The notes beneath the pieces were generated by a model that worked only from the letters and a program-made list of their open reading frames with translations, did not search any database and had not been told where the DNA came from. Shown here piece by piece: positions 39,601 to 52,822 of a stretch of 64,000 nucleotides of DNA. Location: the NCBI GenBank assembly GCA_977020255.1, contig CDROCS010001673.1, positions 310,001 through 374,000 of the forward strand, written 5' to 3'. A program made the translations under genes and the position numbers. This DNA is from Obrimoposthia wandeli. Lineage: Eukaryota. Position 1 is the first letter of the stretch. Each line of letters starts with the position of its first letter.

Positions 39601-41990
39601 ACACTCTTATTTTAAAAATTACATTCACTTGCTAAACCCACTTACTTGTATTGAAAATTCAAACTATCAATCACTTGCTCGTCATACTTGCATTCAATCT
39701 AACTATAATTTATTCAACAAAATCTCTATTTTAATTTACTTATAGTCTAAATTACACTTGCATTCAATCAAACTATCGACACTCTTATTTTTAAAAATTA
39801 CATTCACTTGCTAAACCCACTTACTTGTATTGAAAATTCAAACTATCAATCACTTGCTCGTCATACTTGCATTCAATCTAACTATAATTTATTCAACAAA
39901 ATCTCTATTTTAATTTACTTATAGTCTAAATTACACTTGCATTCAATCAAACTATCGACACTCTTATTTTAAAAATTACATTCACTTGCTAAACCCACTT
40001 ACTTGTATTGAAAATTCAAACTATCAATCACTTGCTCGTCATACTTGCATTCAATCTAACTATAATTTATTCAACAAAATCTCTATTTTAATTTACTTAT
40101 AGTCTAAATTACACTTGCATTCAATCAAACTATCGACACTCTTATTTTAAAAATTACATTCACTTGCTAAACCCACTTACTTGTATTGAAAATTCAAACT
40201 ATCAATCACTTGCTCGTCATACTTGCATTCAATCTAACTATAATTTATTCAACAAAAACTCTATTTTAATTTACTTATAGTCTAAATTACACTTGCATTC
40301 AATCAAACTATCGACACTCTTATTTTAAAAAATTACATTCACTTGCTAAACCCACTTACTTGTATTGAAAATTCAACTCTTATTTAAAAATTACTATCAA
40401 TCACTTCAATCACTTGCTCGTCATACTTGCATTCAATCTAACTATAATTTATTCAACAAAAACTCTATTTTAATTTACTTATAGTCTAAATTACACTTGC
40501 ATTCAATCAAACTATCGACACTCTTATTTTAAAAAATTACATTCACTTGCTAAACCCACTTACTTGTATTGAAAATTCAAACTATCAATCACTTGCTCGT
40601 CATACTTGCATTCAATCTAACTATAATTTATTCAACAAAATCTCTATTTTAATTTACTTATAGTCTAAATTACACTTGCATTCAATCAAACTATCGACAC
40701 TCTTATTTTTAAAAATTACATTCACTTGCTAAACCCACTTACTTGTATTGAAAATTCAAACTATCAATCACTTGCTCGTCATACTTGCATTCAATCTAAC
40801 TATAATTTATTCAACAAAATCTCTATTTTAATTTACTTATAGTCTAAATTACACTTGCATTCAATCAAACTATCGACACTCTTATTTTAAAAAATTACAT
40901 TCACTTGCTAAACCCACTTACTTGTATTGAAAATTCAAACTATCAATCACTTGCTCGTCATCCTTGCATTCAATCTAACTATAATTTATTCAACAAAAAC
41001 TCTATTTTAATTTACTTATAGTCTAAATTACACTTGCATTCAATCAAACTATCGACACTCTTATTTTAAAAATTACATTCACTTGCTAAACCCACTTACT
41101 TGTATTGAAAATTCAAACTATCAATCACTTGCTCGTCATACTTGCATTCAATCTAACTATAATTTATTCAACAAAATCTCTATTTTAATTTACTTATAGT
41201 CTAAATTACACTTGCATTCAATCAAACTATCGACACTCTTATTTTAAAAAATTACATTCACTTGCTAAACCCACTTACTTGTATTGAAAATTCAAACTAT
41301 CAATCACTTGCTCGTCATACTTGCATTCAATCTAACTATAATTTATTCAACAAAAACTCTATTTTAATTTACTTATAGTCTAAATTACACTTGCATTCAA
41401 TCAAACTATCGACACTCTTATTTTAAAAATTATATTCACTTGCTAAACCCACTTACTTGTATTGAAAATTCAAACTATCAATCACTTGCTCGTCATCCTT
41501 GCATTCAATCTAACTATAATTTATTCAACAAAATCTCTATTTTAATTTACTTATAGTCTAAATTACACTTGCATTCAATCAAACTATCGACACTCTTATT
41601 TTAAAAATTACATTCACTTGCTAAACCCACTTACTTGTATTGAAAATTCAAACTATCAATCACTTGCTCGTCATCCTTGCATTCAATCTAACTATAATTT
41701 ATTCAACAAAATCTCTATTTTAATTTACTTATAGTCTAAATTACACTTGCATTCAATCAAACTATCGACACTCTTATTTTAAAAAATTACATTCACTTGC
41801 TAAACCCACTTACTTGTATTGAAAATTCAAACTATCAATCACTTGCTCGTCATCCTTGCATTCAATCTAACTATAATTTATTCAACAAAATCTCTATTTT
41901 AATTTACTTATAGTCTAAATTACACTTGCATTCAATCAAACTATCGACACTCTTATTTTTAAAATTACATTCACTTGCTAAGACTCTTAC
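36628..41990 (+). repeat. 178-180-bp satellite array, about 30 copies (right arm)
   Basis: ATCAAACTATCGACACTC recurs at 37801, 37980, 38158... Confidence 0.97.
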
Positions 41991-42970
41991 TTGTAAATGA
42001 CATTCATACTTGCATGCATAATTTTATTCATTTACATTCATTCTACCTCTCATTTATTCAAACTCTCATTCAAATATTCATATAAATTAATATTTTTTAC
42101 TAATTTTCTATTAATTCCGTTGTAACTTAGTCGTTGAAACGAAAAGAATGTATAAAGAATGGACTTTCTTACTTTGTAAATGTTATTCACTTAAGTTTGA
42201 AGATGATATTATGAAATTACATAATAAATGTGTTTAATTTTGTATTATTCTCTGACTTCTTTCTTATTTTATTTTTTTATTTTAATATATAATTGAAGTT
42301 ATTTAAAGAAATTTTATCATAATTCTATAAATGTGAAAGCCTAGGAAAAACTTTGATCTAAATTTCACATAAAATAGTATGTGTGTGATTACGTAATACA
42401 TTCATTAACTTATAAGAGTGAACTTTAGTTTAAATTTCACATAAAATAGTGTATGTGTGTGTTAAAAACCACATTTCTTAATTGATAAGTGTGAACTTTA
42501 TCCTAAATTTTCACATAAAATAGTGTGTGTATGATTACGTCATACATTCTTAATTGTTAAGTGTGAACTTTATCATAAATTTTCATTATGGACTAGATCA
42601 CAAAAAAGAAGGGTGGAGACTAAGCCACTTGATCCTTTGAATTAGTGGTTAACCAAAAATAAGGGTGGAGACTAGACCACAAAAAGAAGGGTGGAGACTA
42701 GACCACAAAAAGAAGGGTGGAGACTAGATCACTAAAAGAAGGGTGGAGACTAAGCCAATTGACCCTTTCATAGTGGTATATCACAAAAAGAAGGGTGGAG
42801 ACTAAGCCAATTGACCCTTTCATAGTGGTATATCACAAAAAGAAGGGTGGAGACTAAGCCAATTGACCCTTTAAACTATGGACAATCATAGATTATAGCC
42901 AAAGGAAGGGTGGAGTCTAGATCACTTGACCCCTCCCCGCTACCCCTCCCCTCCCCGCCTCCCGCCTCCT

Positions 42971-43097
42971 CCTAAAGGGTGTCATACCATAAGGGTGTCT
43001 TGCCATACCATAAGGGTATATGTTGGGTCACCGAAGGTGAGGCAACATATACCCTTATGGTGTGGCGAGACATCCTTATGGTATGTCACCCTTTAGG
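42971..43097. other. Subterminal palindrome (hairpin), right TIR
   Basis: Inverted copy of the left hairpin; pairing extends to CCTAAAGGG/CCCTTTAGG. Confidence 0.92.
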
Positions 43098-45760
43098 GGG
43101 GGGTCAAGTGGTCTAGACTCCATCCTTCCACCTACTAACCTGCATTATATTCAATAAGTATCCATATATCTCTGTAATCACATTTTATTATTTTCCTAAA
43201 TAACTTCCAACATAGGCCTAACCCTAGTTTTATTTATATTCCAAAGTCTTAAATCAGATGAATTTCTCGAGACTTGGCTTGCTCTGCTGTTACTGTCCGA
43301 GGCTTGTTCGAGGCTCGATTAATTTCTTGAGACTTGTGAATTTGTGGCCCTTCATCCAATGTGAGGCATCCAATCGACTTACACTGTCGATAAATCCACC
43401 CGAGTTATGGTGGTGCTGTTGAATACCTCTAGTGACTAATTATGTCACATAATTTATATTATTGTTTTTCCACTAGCCAAATCCACTGTGTGTCTGTGGT
43501 GCCTCAGGTGACTCGATTAGTAATAGAGTTAGAGGTCCCCTGAGGTTAATTAATCCCTCATTTTCAATCACGGAGTTTATTAATCTCCTTTTTTGTTGTA
43601 ATTTTGTTCTTTTAATTTAATTATTTTTTATATTCAGATTGCTAAAATGTCCTTGGCCAGGACTATAAATATTTTCAGTTATTTTAATTAATCAGATAAA
43701 ATCGTCCATTTCTAAACCTTAACCGAATCAAAGAAGGAGAACCAGATGATTGAAACAATTCGAGAAAGTTTGAAGTAGTCAATGGAAGGGAAATATCAAA
43801 GTAGAAAAGAGGCAGCGGGAATTATAATATGTGAAGACAATAATTGAAAAATTAGAAGGAAACAAAACTGAGTTGGAAGTAATGCATGCATTTATGAAAA
43901 TTTATCATGGTTTTGTTATGGACCAAGCGGTTATTAAATTAGGGTGGTTAAAAAATGGTGTAAGACTTTATTATGATCAAAATTTTTTATTCAAGTCAAA
44001 CAGTCACTGGAAGCATCAAATGGTACAAAGGTATTAATCTGTTAGGATTAGGATTTGATAAATATTAAATAATTGTTCTAATTTATATCAAAATAAAAGC
44101 CTTGAAAGCAAGGTTATAAATTAAATAAAAAATTGTATTATTAAATTAAATTAATAAAATTAAGACGGGAATTAAATATTAAGGACCACGAAGGTCATGT
44201 GTGATGTGCAGGTATATAAGGATTTTAAAAAGAATAATTAAAGGCCCCTAAAAAAGAAAGAGTTAATCGAAAGAAGTATTTAGTCCCGATTAAAAGGACT
44301 AATTAAAGAAAATTAGTAGATAAGTGCACTCGCGGAATCAGGACCAGCCGTTATCAATTTGAGCATCGTTCGATTAGCTAATAGCACGTGTGGAATCCGT
44401 ACCAGCAGTCATCAATTAGAGCATTGTCCACGAAGCCCTAAAGGAGGTAAGTGCACTTAATAATCAATTTTAAGTGATTAAAAGCTTTTGTTTGCAGAGT
44501 AGAAGTCGGGTTATCTGCTATACACGACAAAGCAATTAATTCAGACCAAAATCATCCGAGAAAAAGAGAGAAAAGTAAATCTCAAATACTCAATTTTAAG
44601 TGATTAAAAGCTTTTGTTTGCAGAGTAGACGACGGAAAATTTGCTATATAAGACAAAGAAATTAATTGAGACAACACAACAAATCCGAGAAAAAGAGAGA
44701 AAGTCAGTCGTTCAAGCCAAATTAGAAAACTCGTCGATATAAACCGAGTACAATAACAGAAGAATACAAATTGAGCACAGTAACAGAAGAATACAAATTG
44801 AGAACAGGTAATCAATTTGAAAACTCGTCGATATAAACCGAGTACAGTAACAGATCGGAGAACCAGAACCCTCTCACAAAACAACCCTACCAACACTCCA
44901 ACCGGAACGAAAACCGCTCCGTGAATCGACAACAGGAGAAGATCCGGGACAGCACTATCTACACCTCGCGGCGCCTCAAAAATCAGTGACAGCAGTCGGA
45001 GCGGAAACGGAACGAGTCTGCCCAACGGTATCAGATCAACGCAATCAAATAATCTCTGCGAAGGACGGTAAGAATAATTGCCTCATATCATACATAAAAG
45101 GAGAAACCGAATATTTTGATAAAATAAGAATAATTGCCTCATATCATACATAAAAGGAGATACCGAATATTTTGATAAAATAAGAATAATTGCCTCATAT
45201 CATACATATAAGGAGAACCCGTATATTTTGAGTAAAGTTTTGAGTCTTATATAAAGACTAAGTTGAGTAAAGATTTAGAGTAAAGATTTTGAGTCTTATA
45301 TAAATACTAAGTTGATTAAAGTTTTCGAGTAAAGTTTTTGAGTCTTATATAAAGACTAAGTGATTAAAGTTTTCGAGTAAAGTTTTTGAGTCTTATATAA
45401 AGACTAAGTTGATTAAAGTTTTCGAGTAAAGTTTTTGAGTCTGATATAAAGACTAAGTTGATTAAAGTTTTCGAATAAAGTTTTTGAGTCTTATATAAAG
45501 ACTAAGTTGAAAGAAGTTTTGAATTGAATTTTGTTATAACCCATACCGATAAGAAAGTATATTCCTATTTTGGAGTGGTTACAATAGCTAAAATCGATCC
45601 CTATTTTTAGAGTAAAGACTCGAGCGACCAATCAACCCTAAATTTAAAATCGATACGTGGATCATCCCCACTTGTATAGAGACTTACAGAAGTCTTAGGA
45701 ATTTTATTGTAACTTTTTAGAAATACGTACTTAAACGTATTAATCCGTGTTAGTCTAGTG

Positions 45761-46778
45761 CAGGGGTGGGGAACCTGCGGCCCTGAGGCCGCATGCGGCC
45801 TCCAAGCTCATCAACTGCGGCCTCCTATAAGAATAATAATTTTAAATAATTATGTAATATTAAATAATATTTCAAATTGAATTAAGAAACAATAATTAAA
45901 TAATATTTCAAATTGAATTAAGAAACAATAATTAAATAATATTTCAAATTGAATTAAGAAACAATAATTAATTAATAATTAATAATTAAGTAATTAAATA
46001 ACTATTTCATTTATAAATTAATTAATCATATTAAACTACGAATAGCAAACGTTGTCAAAATGAAATACGCATAAAGAATTATATTTACTATAGATCTCCA
46101 AATAAACGGAAGTAGTTTAAAAAAACGAAATGAAGGCAGTTTTTTGAATCTTAAATAAATCTTAGTTTCGTAAATTATTATTTCACTAACACTATTAATC
46201 AATAATTTATGTTTTCAGATTAAATAAATATATTAGTTAAACACTTTCCCCAGTTGACAAAAATAAATAATGAATATGAAGAGTATAACTGTGAATCTTT
46301 CGAATCATACGAATCTGTTTTAGACTCATTAATCAAAGAATACAATGAAAGATTCATTGATTTTGAAAAGCATGATATCACCCTGAAACTAGCTTTTCAA
46401 CCTCACTTAGTTGATGTATCAAAGGCACCAGAATATTTACAAATGGAGCTTATTGAGTTATCTGAAGATAATATTCTGAAATCTCTGTTTCTTAGTAAGG
46501 AAGATCCCGTTGAAATTTGGAAAAAAGCGGTAGAATACCCTCGCCTTCGCGAACATGCTCGTCGATTGATTTCGTGCTTTTCTACGACATACTGTTGTGA
46601 ATCCACATTCTCACATTTAACAAATATCAAAGATTCGTTGAGAACACAGATGACAGATTAGCATCTGGAAGACCAATTAAAACTTAAAACCTCCATGTTA
46701 GAACCCGACATCAAAATGTTGTCTCACAAGAAGCAATCTCAAAGAAGTCATTAAATTATTAAAAAGGTAAGTGAATAA
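45761..46778 (+). mobile_element. hAT (Charlie/SPIN-like) transposon fragment: left TIR plus transposase C-terminus
   Basis: CAGGGGTGGGGAACCTGCGGCCC terminus after GTCTAGTG; coding part listed separately; no right TIR. Confidence 0.85.
46254..46754 (+). pseudogene. hAT transposase C-terminal dimerisation domain
   Basis: LQMELIEL...YPRLREHARRLISCFSTTYCCESTFSHLTNIKDSLRTQMTD*HLEDQLKL...KKQSQRSH*. Confidence 0.9.
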
Positions 46779-46979
46779 CTAGTGTGTTTAATAATAAACG
46801 ATTTCCTACAACTAGAAAGCATTGTTCTAAACCCTTTAGATCAAGACAAAACAACAAACCTTCAGATAAGAATTGAGACAGGCAAGCATAACATTAAGTA
46901 GGCCACAACCATCTACAAGTCCTGCTTCTATAGAACTCACGTTGGGGCCCTTCATTTAAATCCCCGACTATTTGAAATA

Positions 46980-48198
46980 ATGACTATGGTAAGAATCTAT
47001 ACTTATTATTTCTTTATTAATATTTATTATTTCAGATTACTTTTATCCTGTTTCCAGCATATTGTGGTGCTTCGGCTCCGCATGGAGGAGAGACCTGCAT
47101 GGAGGAGAGACCTGCATGGAGATAATGTCCGCCTACTATCGGACAAAGTCTCGCGGGCTTCACTTCTTCGTCTGCCCCTTCTGTAGAACAATGGAGGAGA
47201 AGGAGTTTCGAGACTTCTTCGGTGAACATCGAGCTCATCTATCCTGTTTCACGGCCAACAACAAGAAGGGGGATATTGTGCAATTGGTGCGCGATTCGCA
47301 GGCCGCTCCAGCACCTGCTCCAATTACAGTTGCAGTGATTCAACCCGTTTACGGTCCTGCTATTGGTCCTTCTCGCCCGGCTCCTGATTCTGCTGCACCA
47401 TCCACTCAAATGACTAACAATGAGTGGATGAATGACATCTCCCAGGAAGATTTTGAGGAGATGGCACCAGCAACCCAATTCTCAAACAATGACTGGATGG
47501 AAAATATCACCCAGTCAGATTTCGAGATGGAGCAGCCTCAGTGGAGCGATAGCTCCAGGTTGGAGACCATCGAGGAATCCGATTTCGTCGAGATAACGGA
47601 CGACAGCTGGATGGATTCCATCAATGAAGAGGACTTCATTCCAGCTCCAGTTGGATTGCCTTCATTAGGTATTTTTTATTATTATTTTTTAAAATTGTAA
47701 TATATATATTATTGTAATTATATATATTTTCTTTTTATTTTTTATTCAGGAAGTACCGTGATACAATCGTCATCCGCTACGGCAGCTATGCCTCCCCCAT
47801 CACGAGTGACTACATCGATGTTAGCACGTCTTAGAGGTAATAATATTTAAAAATATATTTATTTTTTAATATATTTTTCAGCATCATGTTCTACAACAGC
47901 CGCTTCTTCGTCGGCAAGATCAGCTTCTACCATTCCTACTCCTACTTCAAATGCAGCCTCTACAACTGCCACTGTCTCATCATCTTCGGCAGCATCTATT
48001 ACAGCAGCATCGTCTACACCAGCTGCGATTGGCTCAACATCGGCAGCATGTCCAATAGCAGCACCTTCCACCTTAGCTGCGTTTGTGTCAACTGTTAATA
48101 TAAATAGTTGTCTTCCCGTTCAATTAGGGGGGGGTTTGTCAGCGATTGTAGGAAGAAAGAGGCGAGACCAATTTCTTAATAAGGTAGAGAATAAATAA
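46980..48198 (+). pseudogene. Spliced 5' extension of the PolB locus: Cys/His (RING-like) segment, acidic W-containing repeats, Ser/Ala/Thr-rich linker
   Basis: GT-AG introns 46989-47035 (phase 0), 47669-47749 and 47837-47881 (both phase 1) give one frame once a 17-bp duplication (47081-47114) is removed; ends PVQLGGGLSAIVGRKRR. Confidence 0.7.
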
Positions 48199-48585
48199 AC
48201 GTAGAGAAAACGGTGCTACTATAGAGTATCACCTAAATAATAAATATGTTATAGTTAATGTGCCATTAGGAAATAAAATTTTATTAAACGTAGGTGTAGA
48301 TTCAAATATTGGAAATCTTTTAAAATCAGAAGTGACTAAATTAGGACAGGCTAAGGTTCAATTTTGCGCAACAGTGCAGTTTAAAAATGTCAATGAGGAA
48401 ACTAAAACTTGGGTAATTTTACATAAAGCAACTGTTTTTTTATGATAATTTTGTAACTGAAATTGGAAGAAACCTGGATGAAAAAATTGTTAATTATAGC
48501 GAGTTAAGTAGTGGATGGACTTTAGTTAGAATTCACGATGTTAGCTTTGTTCTAACAAAGTTCATTGACATGATATATCTTTCAA

Positions 48586-48616
<31 letters not shown>

Positions 48617-51274
48617 AAAAATATAATACTGATATCCCAGTTAATGTAACAAATGAAGAAAATTTTAAAAATCCTTTTGTAGATGTAATTTATAGGAGCA
48701 AAAATGAGGGGACTCAGGTCAACTTAATTTTGCACGAACATAATAAAAAATTCCATTATGCTGCAATTGCCAATTAAGATCGTCTTCTAAATTTAGATAA
48801 TGGAGCCTTACCGGTTAGGATAAGATGTAAGTGGTGTCATAGATGTTTGCATGGATTCCGATCCGAGCTCTCTTACAGCAAACATCTGACATTATGTTCA
48901 CTGAATCCTGATGACAATACGCTATACATCATGCCTAAGGATAAGGATTTAAAATTCAGGGATTGGGCAAAATGCATACCCGTGGAATTCAGGGTGCATG
49001 CAGATTTTGAGTCAATTTTAGCATTGCACGACCAGTATGAAAGCATTCACCTACCGGCTTCGGCAGGACTACTATTCTTAGGCCCTATTATTACACAATA
49101 TCATAAATTTTCCGGTCCAAATTGTATTTTAAATTTTATGTTAAAATTAGAAGAATTAGGAACAACAATTGTCAAACCGTGGTATGATCTCAATGATCAT
49201 GACAGGCATAGACTGGGTTAATTTTAATTCTTGTAGATTATGTTATTTGTGTGGAACCCAGTCTAAGTTAGTCAGATATCACGATCATGTTACGGGGCGA
49301 TACTTGGGAGCGGCGTGCAACCTCTGTAACCTTGGCCGTCGTCTCCCTAAAAAACCACGAATTCCCATCGTGTTTCATAACCTCAAAGGATATGATTTGC
49401 ATCATATACTTAAATACGCGTTGGGTACATTAAGCTCTTGGGAAATTTCATGTATACCTCAAACTTCAGAGAAATATTTATCTTTAACTGCATATACTGA
49501 ATTCTGCAGTTTAAGATTCATAGATTCTCTGCAGTTTTTGAGCGGGTCTTTAAAAAATTTAACGGCATCTTTAAATGCATGGCCAATTACACAGTCAGTG
49601 TTCCCAGCTTCGGTTAACGATAAGGGGATTTTTCCGTATAAATTTGCGAAAACTTTCGCAGATTTAGAAAATACAACTGAAATCCCACCCATAACTGAAT
49701 TTGAGGGTGTAAGTCTTCAAGACTATAATGAGGCCCGTACATTTTGGGTGAATACTTGTCAAAATCTTCTTGAATATATGCTTTATTATATGAAGTTAGA
49801 CATTTATCTTTTAGCTGATGTTTTTGAATCCTTTCGTGTAATGTCTTTAGCAGAAGATGGGCTAGATCCCATGCATTTCTTTAGTTTACCTGGTCTTTCA
49901 TGGGCAACAGCAATAAAAACTCTTAAAATTAATATCGAGTTACTGCAAGATCCCGCGATGTATCAAATGTATGATTATGGTATACGCGGTGGAATGACTT
50001 TTGTCAACAAACATCATGTTGTCAAAAATCAATCCACGGAGATTCTGTACATCGATATTAATAATTTGTATGGGTGGGCGCTTACTCAACCTCTACCTCA
50101 TGCTAACTTTAAGTGGGTTTATGATGTGGATCAGTTGAATAAGTTGATGACAGACTTGGCTACTGTTGATACAGTTTCATCCGACGTCGGCTATTTGGTT
50201 GAGGTGGACATAAAAATTCCTCTCAATGTGCATGATAAATTAGATGATCTTCCAGTAGCGCCTGTTCATCAATGCCCACCTAATTCAAAGGTTAAGAAAT
50301 TATTGTTAACCCATGAAGACAAGTTGAATTATGTTGTGCATTGGCGGCTTCTTCAATTCTACTTAAAGTTGGGAGCGAAAGTTACTCGAATTCATCGTGC
50401 TATAAGCTTCAGTCAAAATTTTGTGTTTAAAGACTATATTGAGAAGAATTCAAGAAAACGTAATTTGGCCACTAGCAAATTCGATCGAGATTTTTACATG
50501 TTAAAAAGTAATAGTATCTTTGGAAAAACTGTAGAGGACTTGCGGAAACGTATTTGTCTACGATTTTGCAATGATGAGCGTAAACTAATAACATATACTA
50601 GCAAGTACAACTTCAAGCGTAGTTTTACAATTGCAGATGACTTGGTAGCAGTGTTATTAGGAAAACAGAGTATTTGTCTCGATCGACCGAGTTATATAGG
50701 TCAAACGGTTTTAGACATTTCTAAACTCAGAATGTATGAGCTTCAATACATAGAATTGGAGAAATACCGTCAAGAATTTAATTGTGAGATCAAAATCGCG
50801 GCAGGGGACACTGACTCTTTCTTTTTAGAATGTAGGAATGTTAGTTTAAATAATCAATTATTACCAGCAATGTTTAGGGACAACTTACTAGATACCCATA
50901 AATATCCCGCTAACCATCCTCAACACTCTATGAGTTTAAAGGACATTATCGGGAAATTTAAGGATGAAAGCGAGGGACAGGTTTCGTATGATGATTGTAT
51001 TTTCCTACGCCCTAAATGCTACAGTTTACATGCATCTAATAATACATGTTCAATGAGAGCAAATGCTGTGGGAAGAAACAATCTTACACATGAGGCCTAC
51101 CGGAAAGTTTATGATACTGGGTGTATTGAAAGCGTTGAGCAAACTAGATTTATTTCAAAAGCCCATCAACTGTATTCCCATAAATCAACCAAAATCGCTT
51201 TGAGTAGTAATGACGACAAGCGCTTTTGGGTAGAAAAGAACGCTAGCCTGGCTTATGGACACTTCAAAATTTAA
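48199..51274 (+). pseudogene. polB: Protein-primed family B DNA polymerase (pPolB) with an endonuclease VII-like C/H insert; N-terminal third frameshifted
   Basis: SSGWTLVRI; HYAAI; C.RCL.GF...H...C; RVHADFES; CYLCG...YHDHVTGRYLGAACNLCNL; VFHNLKGYD; YIDINNLYG; KSNSIFGK; AGDTDS; RPKCY. Confidence 0.95.
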
Positions 51275-51540
51275 ACGGTTTTCATTTTTTGATTTTTTTA
51301 TTTTAGTTTTTTTTAAATTTTAGATCCCTATGGCACCTAGACTCTAACTTATTTGTTATTTCAATACTTTTTTAGGATGGACCTTATTTATTATTCCTTA
51401 TCTTTGCTGACATATCTCATTGTGATGTTGTGATTAATAAATGTATTAAAAAAAAATTGTCTTATGTCTTTTATTATTTTACCCTTAAATTTTAGAGATT
51501 TAAAAAATAATTCAAAATAAAACATTTAAAATTTTTATTT

Positions 51541-52822
51541 TTATAACACACTAATCGTTTTGCAACGATAACCATAAAAAACATAAATGTCCACAGTTTC
51601 TCGTCGCAGGATCCTGATATTGTATCTTGTTGTAAAATACTCTTCTTCGTCCTTTTTGAATAGTTGAAACAAGTTTGTGTGGATAATACATTGCAAGTGA
51701 ATCAAATTAGATCCATCCTTGAGTAGTTGACATTGGTTTATATCAAAGTCTGGTGCCAAAACAAATGTGAAGAAGGGGCAGCTTCTTTTAAAGTCAGTGA
51801 AATAAATACCATTGTTTATATTTTTATTTAGTTGGCCCAAATTCCGAATAATATATTGCGTATAAGCCAAAGCATAAGCATTACCTTCGAAATCTGTTTT
51901 ATATGTTTCGCGATAATCAGTATTTCTTGAAAGTGTCACTGAACCTACATTAAGATTGTCAAATTGAGTTGCATCTGTCGTATAATTTCCTAGATACTTT
52001 GCAGTTTTTTGAAAAGAAATTAAAATGAACTTCGGTAATCTTACATCACCAAAAATTTGATCCTTATTAAAAGCTTGTGTACCCGTACCTAAAAAGTAGG
52101 ATATAAGTTTAGTTTCTCTAATAGGATAACAAGCATTGTTTTTTTCCATTCCTATATTATGTGCCATTAAAACTGATTGCTCGGTTTTAACTCTTCGGAC
52201 ATACAATTTTGCATCCAAAATATCAAATCTAGGTTTTAGTCTGTGTTCTTATGAAAGAAAAATTCCCCTTATTACGTTTCAAACGAAGATGTACATTAAC
52301 ACCGGGAATTAAATATTTCGGTTGTTCAAAGAAATTCAATCTCAAAGACCCACACATTTCGTAAGCTTTAGAACCTGCAATCCATTCTTTTCGAGTTGCG
52401 ACCGTTTTATCATAACCAATGGTTGCCAAATTAGTATTTTGAGTATCAGTACTATAATTCAAAATACTTTCAATCAAAGCTTTATGAGGATAGGAAGAAT
52501 TACCACCTTCAATTTTGACATTTTTAAGAGTAACAATGGCATCACTAAATAAAAAATTAAAGAGATAATTTACAGGTGTTACATCTGCATTTTCATCTAA
52601 ATTAGTACCATCCCGATTTAATACTTTTATTTGAACATAAAGCAATGTATCATTCAAATCTAAATACTCGCTATTGGAACCATTAATATTAAATTCTAAA
52701 TCGATTAAAGTGGTTCCTGAAACAGAGTTAACTAGAAATATTTCTTCAAAGGAAGCATTATCTACAACTACTTGTGGATGTGGTTTATCAAAAATACACA
52801 ATTCGGTTTTGGTGCATCTCAT
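51541..52822 (-). pseudogene. Polinton major capsid protein (double jelly-roll, PY/hexon-like), frameshifted near 52225
   Basis: CTKTELCIFD.P.PQVVV...LEFNINGSNSEYLDLNDTLLYVQIKV; GSLRLNFFEQPKYLIPGVNVHLRLKRN; FFTFVLAPD. Confidence 0.9.

Larger units (their letters stand above)
31435..43136. mobile_element. Non-autonomous Polinton-type foldback element (11.7 kb) built of long inverted arms and satellites
   Basis: AGTAGGTGGAAGG...CCTTCCACCTACT termini; 6-bp TSD AACCTG (31429-31434, 43137-43142); arms are inverted copies from the ends inward to about 34760/36000. Confidence 0.9.
29765..43212 (-). mobile_element. 5' LTR (about 1.75 kb after removing the 31435-43136 insertion) of a truncated LTR retrotransposon
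   Basis: TGTTG at 29765 next to the PBS and CCAACA ending 43212; flanks rejoin across TSD AACCTG; internal duplications 30087-30172/31296-31382. Confidence 0.55.
44040..46959 (+). mobile_element. Family A LTR, 3'-truncated, interrupted by a hAT fragment; contains 56-bp (45069-45230) and ~49-bp (45240-45530) minisatellites
   Basis: TGTTAGGATTAGG start, GGACCACGAAGGTCAT block, and a 3' block near-identical to 4630-4930; lacks the intact ...CCCCAACA end. Confidence 0.85.

Noticed and set aside
36628-41990. Possible CRISPR-like array
   Set aside because: Near-identical head-to-tail units with no unique spacers, in a eukaryotic context.
47859-48071. Minus-strand Ala/Asp/Glu-rich ORF
   Set aside because: Antisense shadow of the Ser/Ala/Thr-rich exon, which has proper splice sites on the plus strand.
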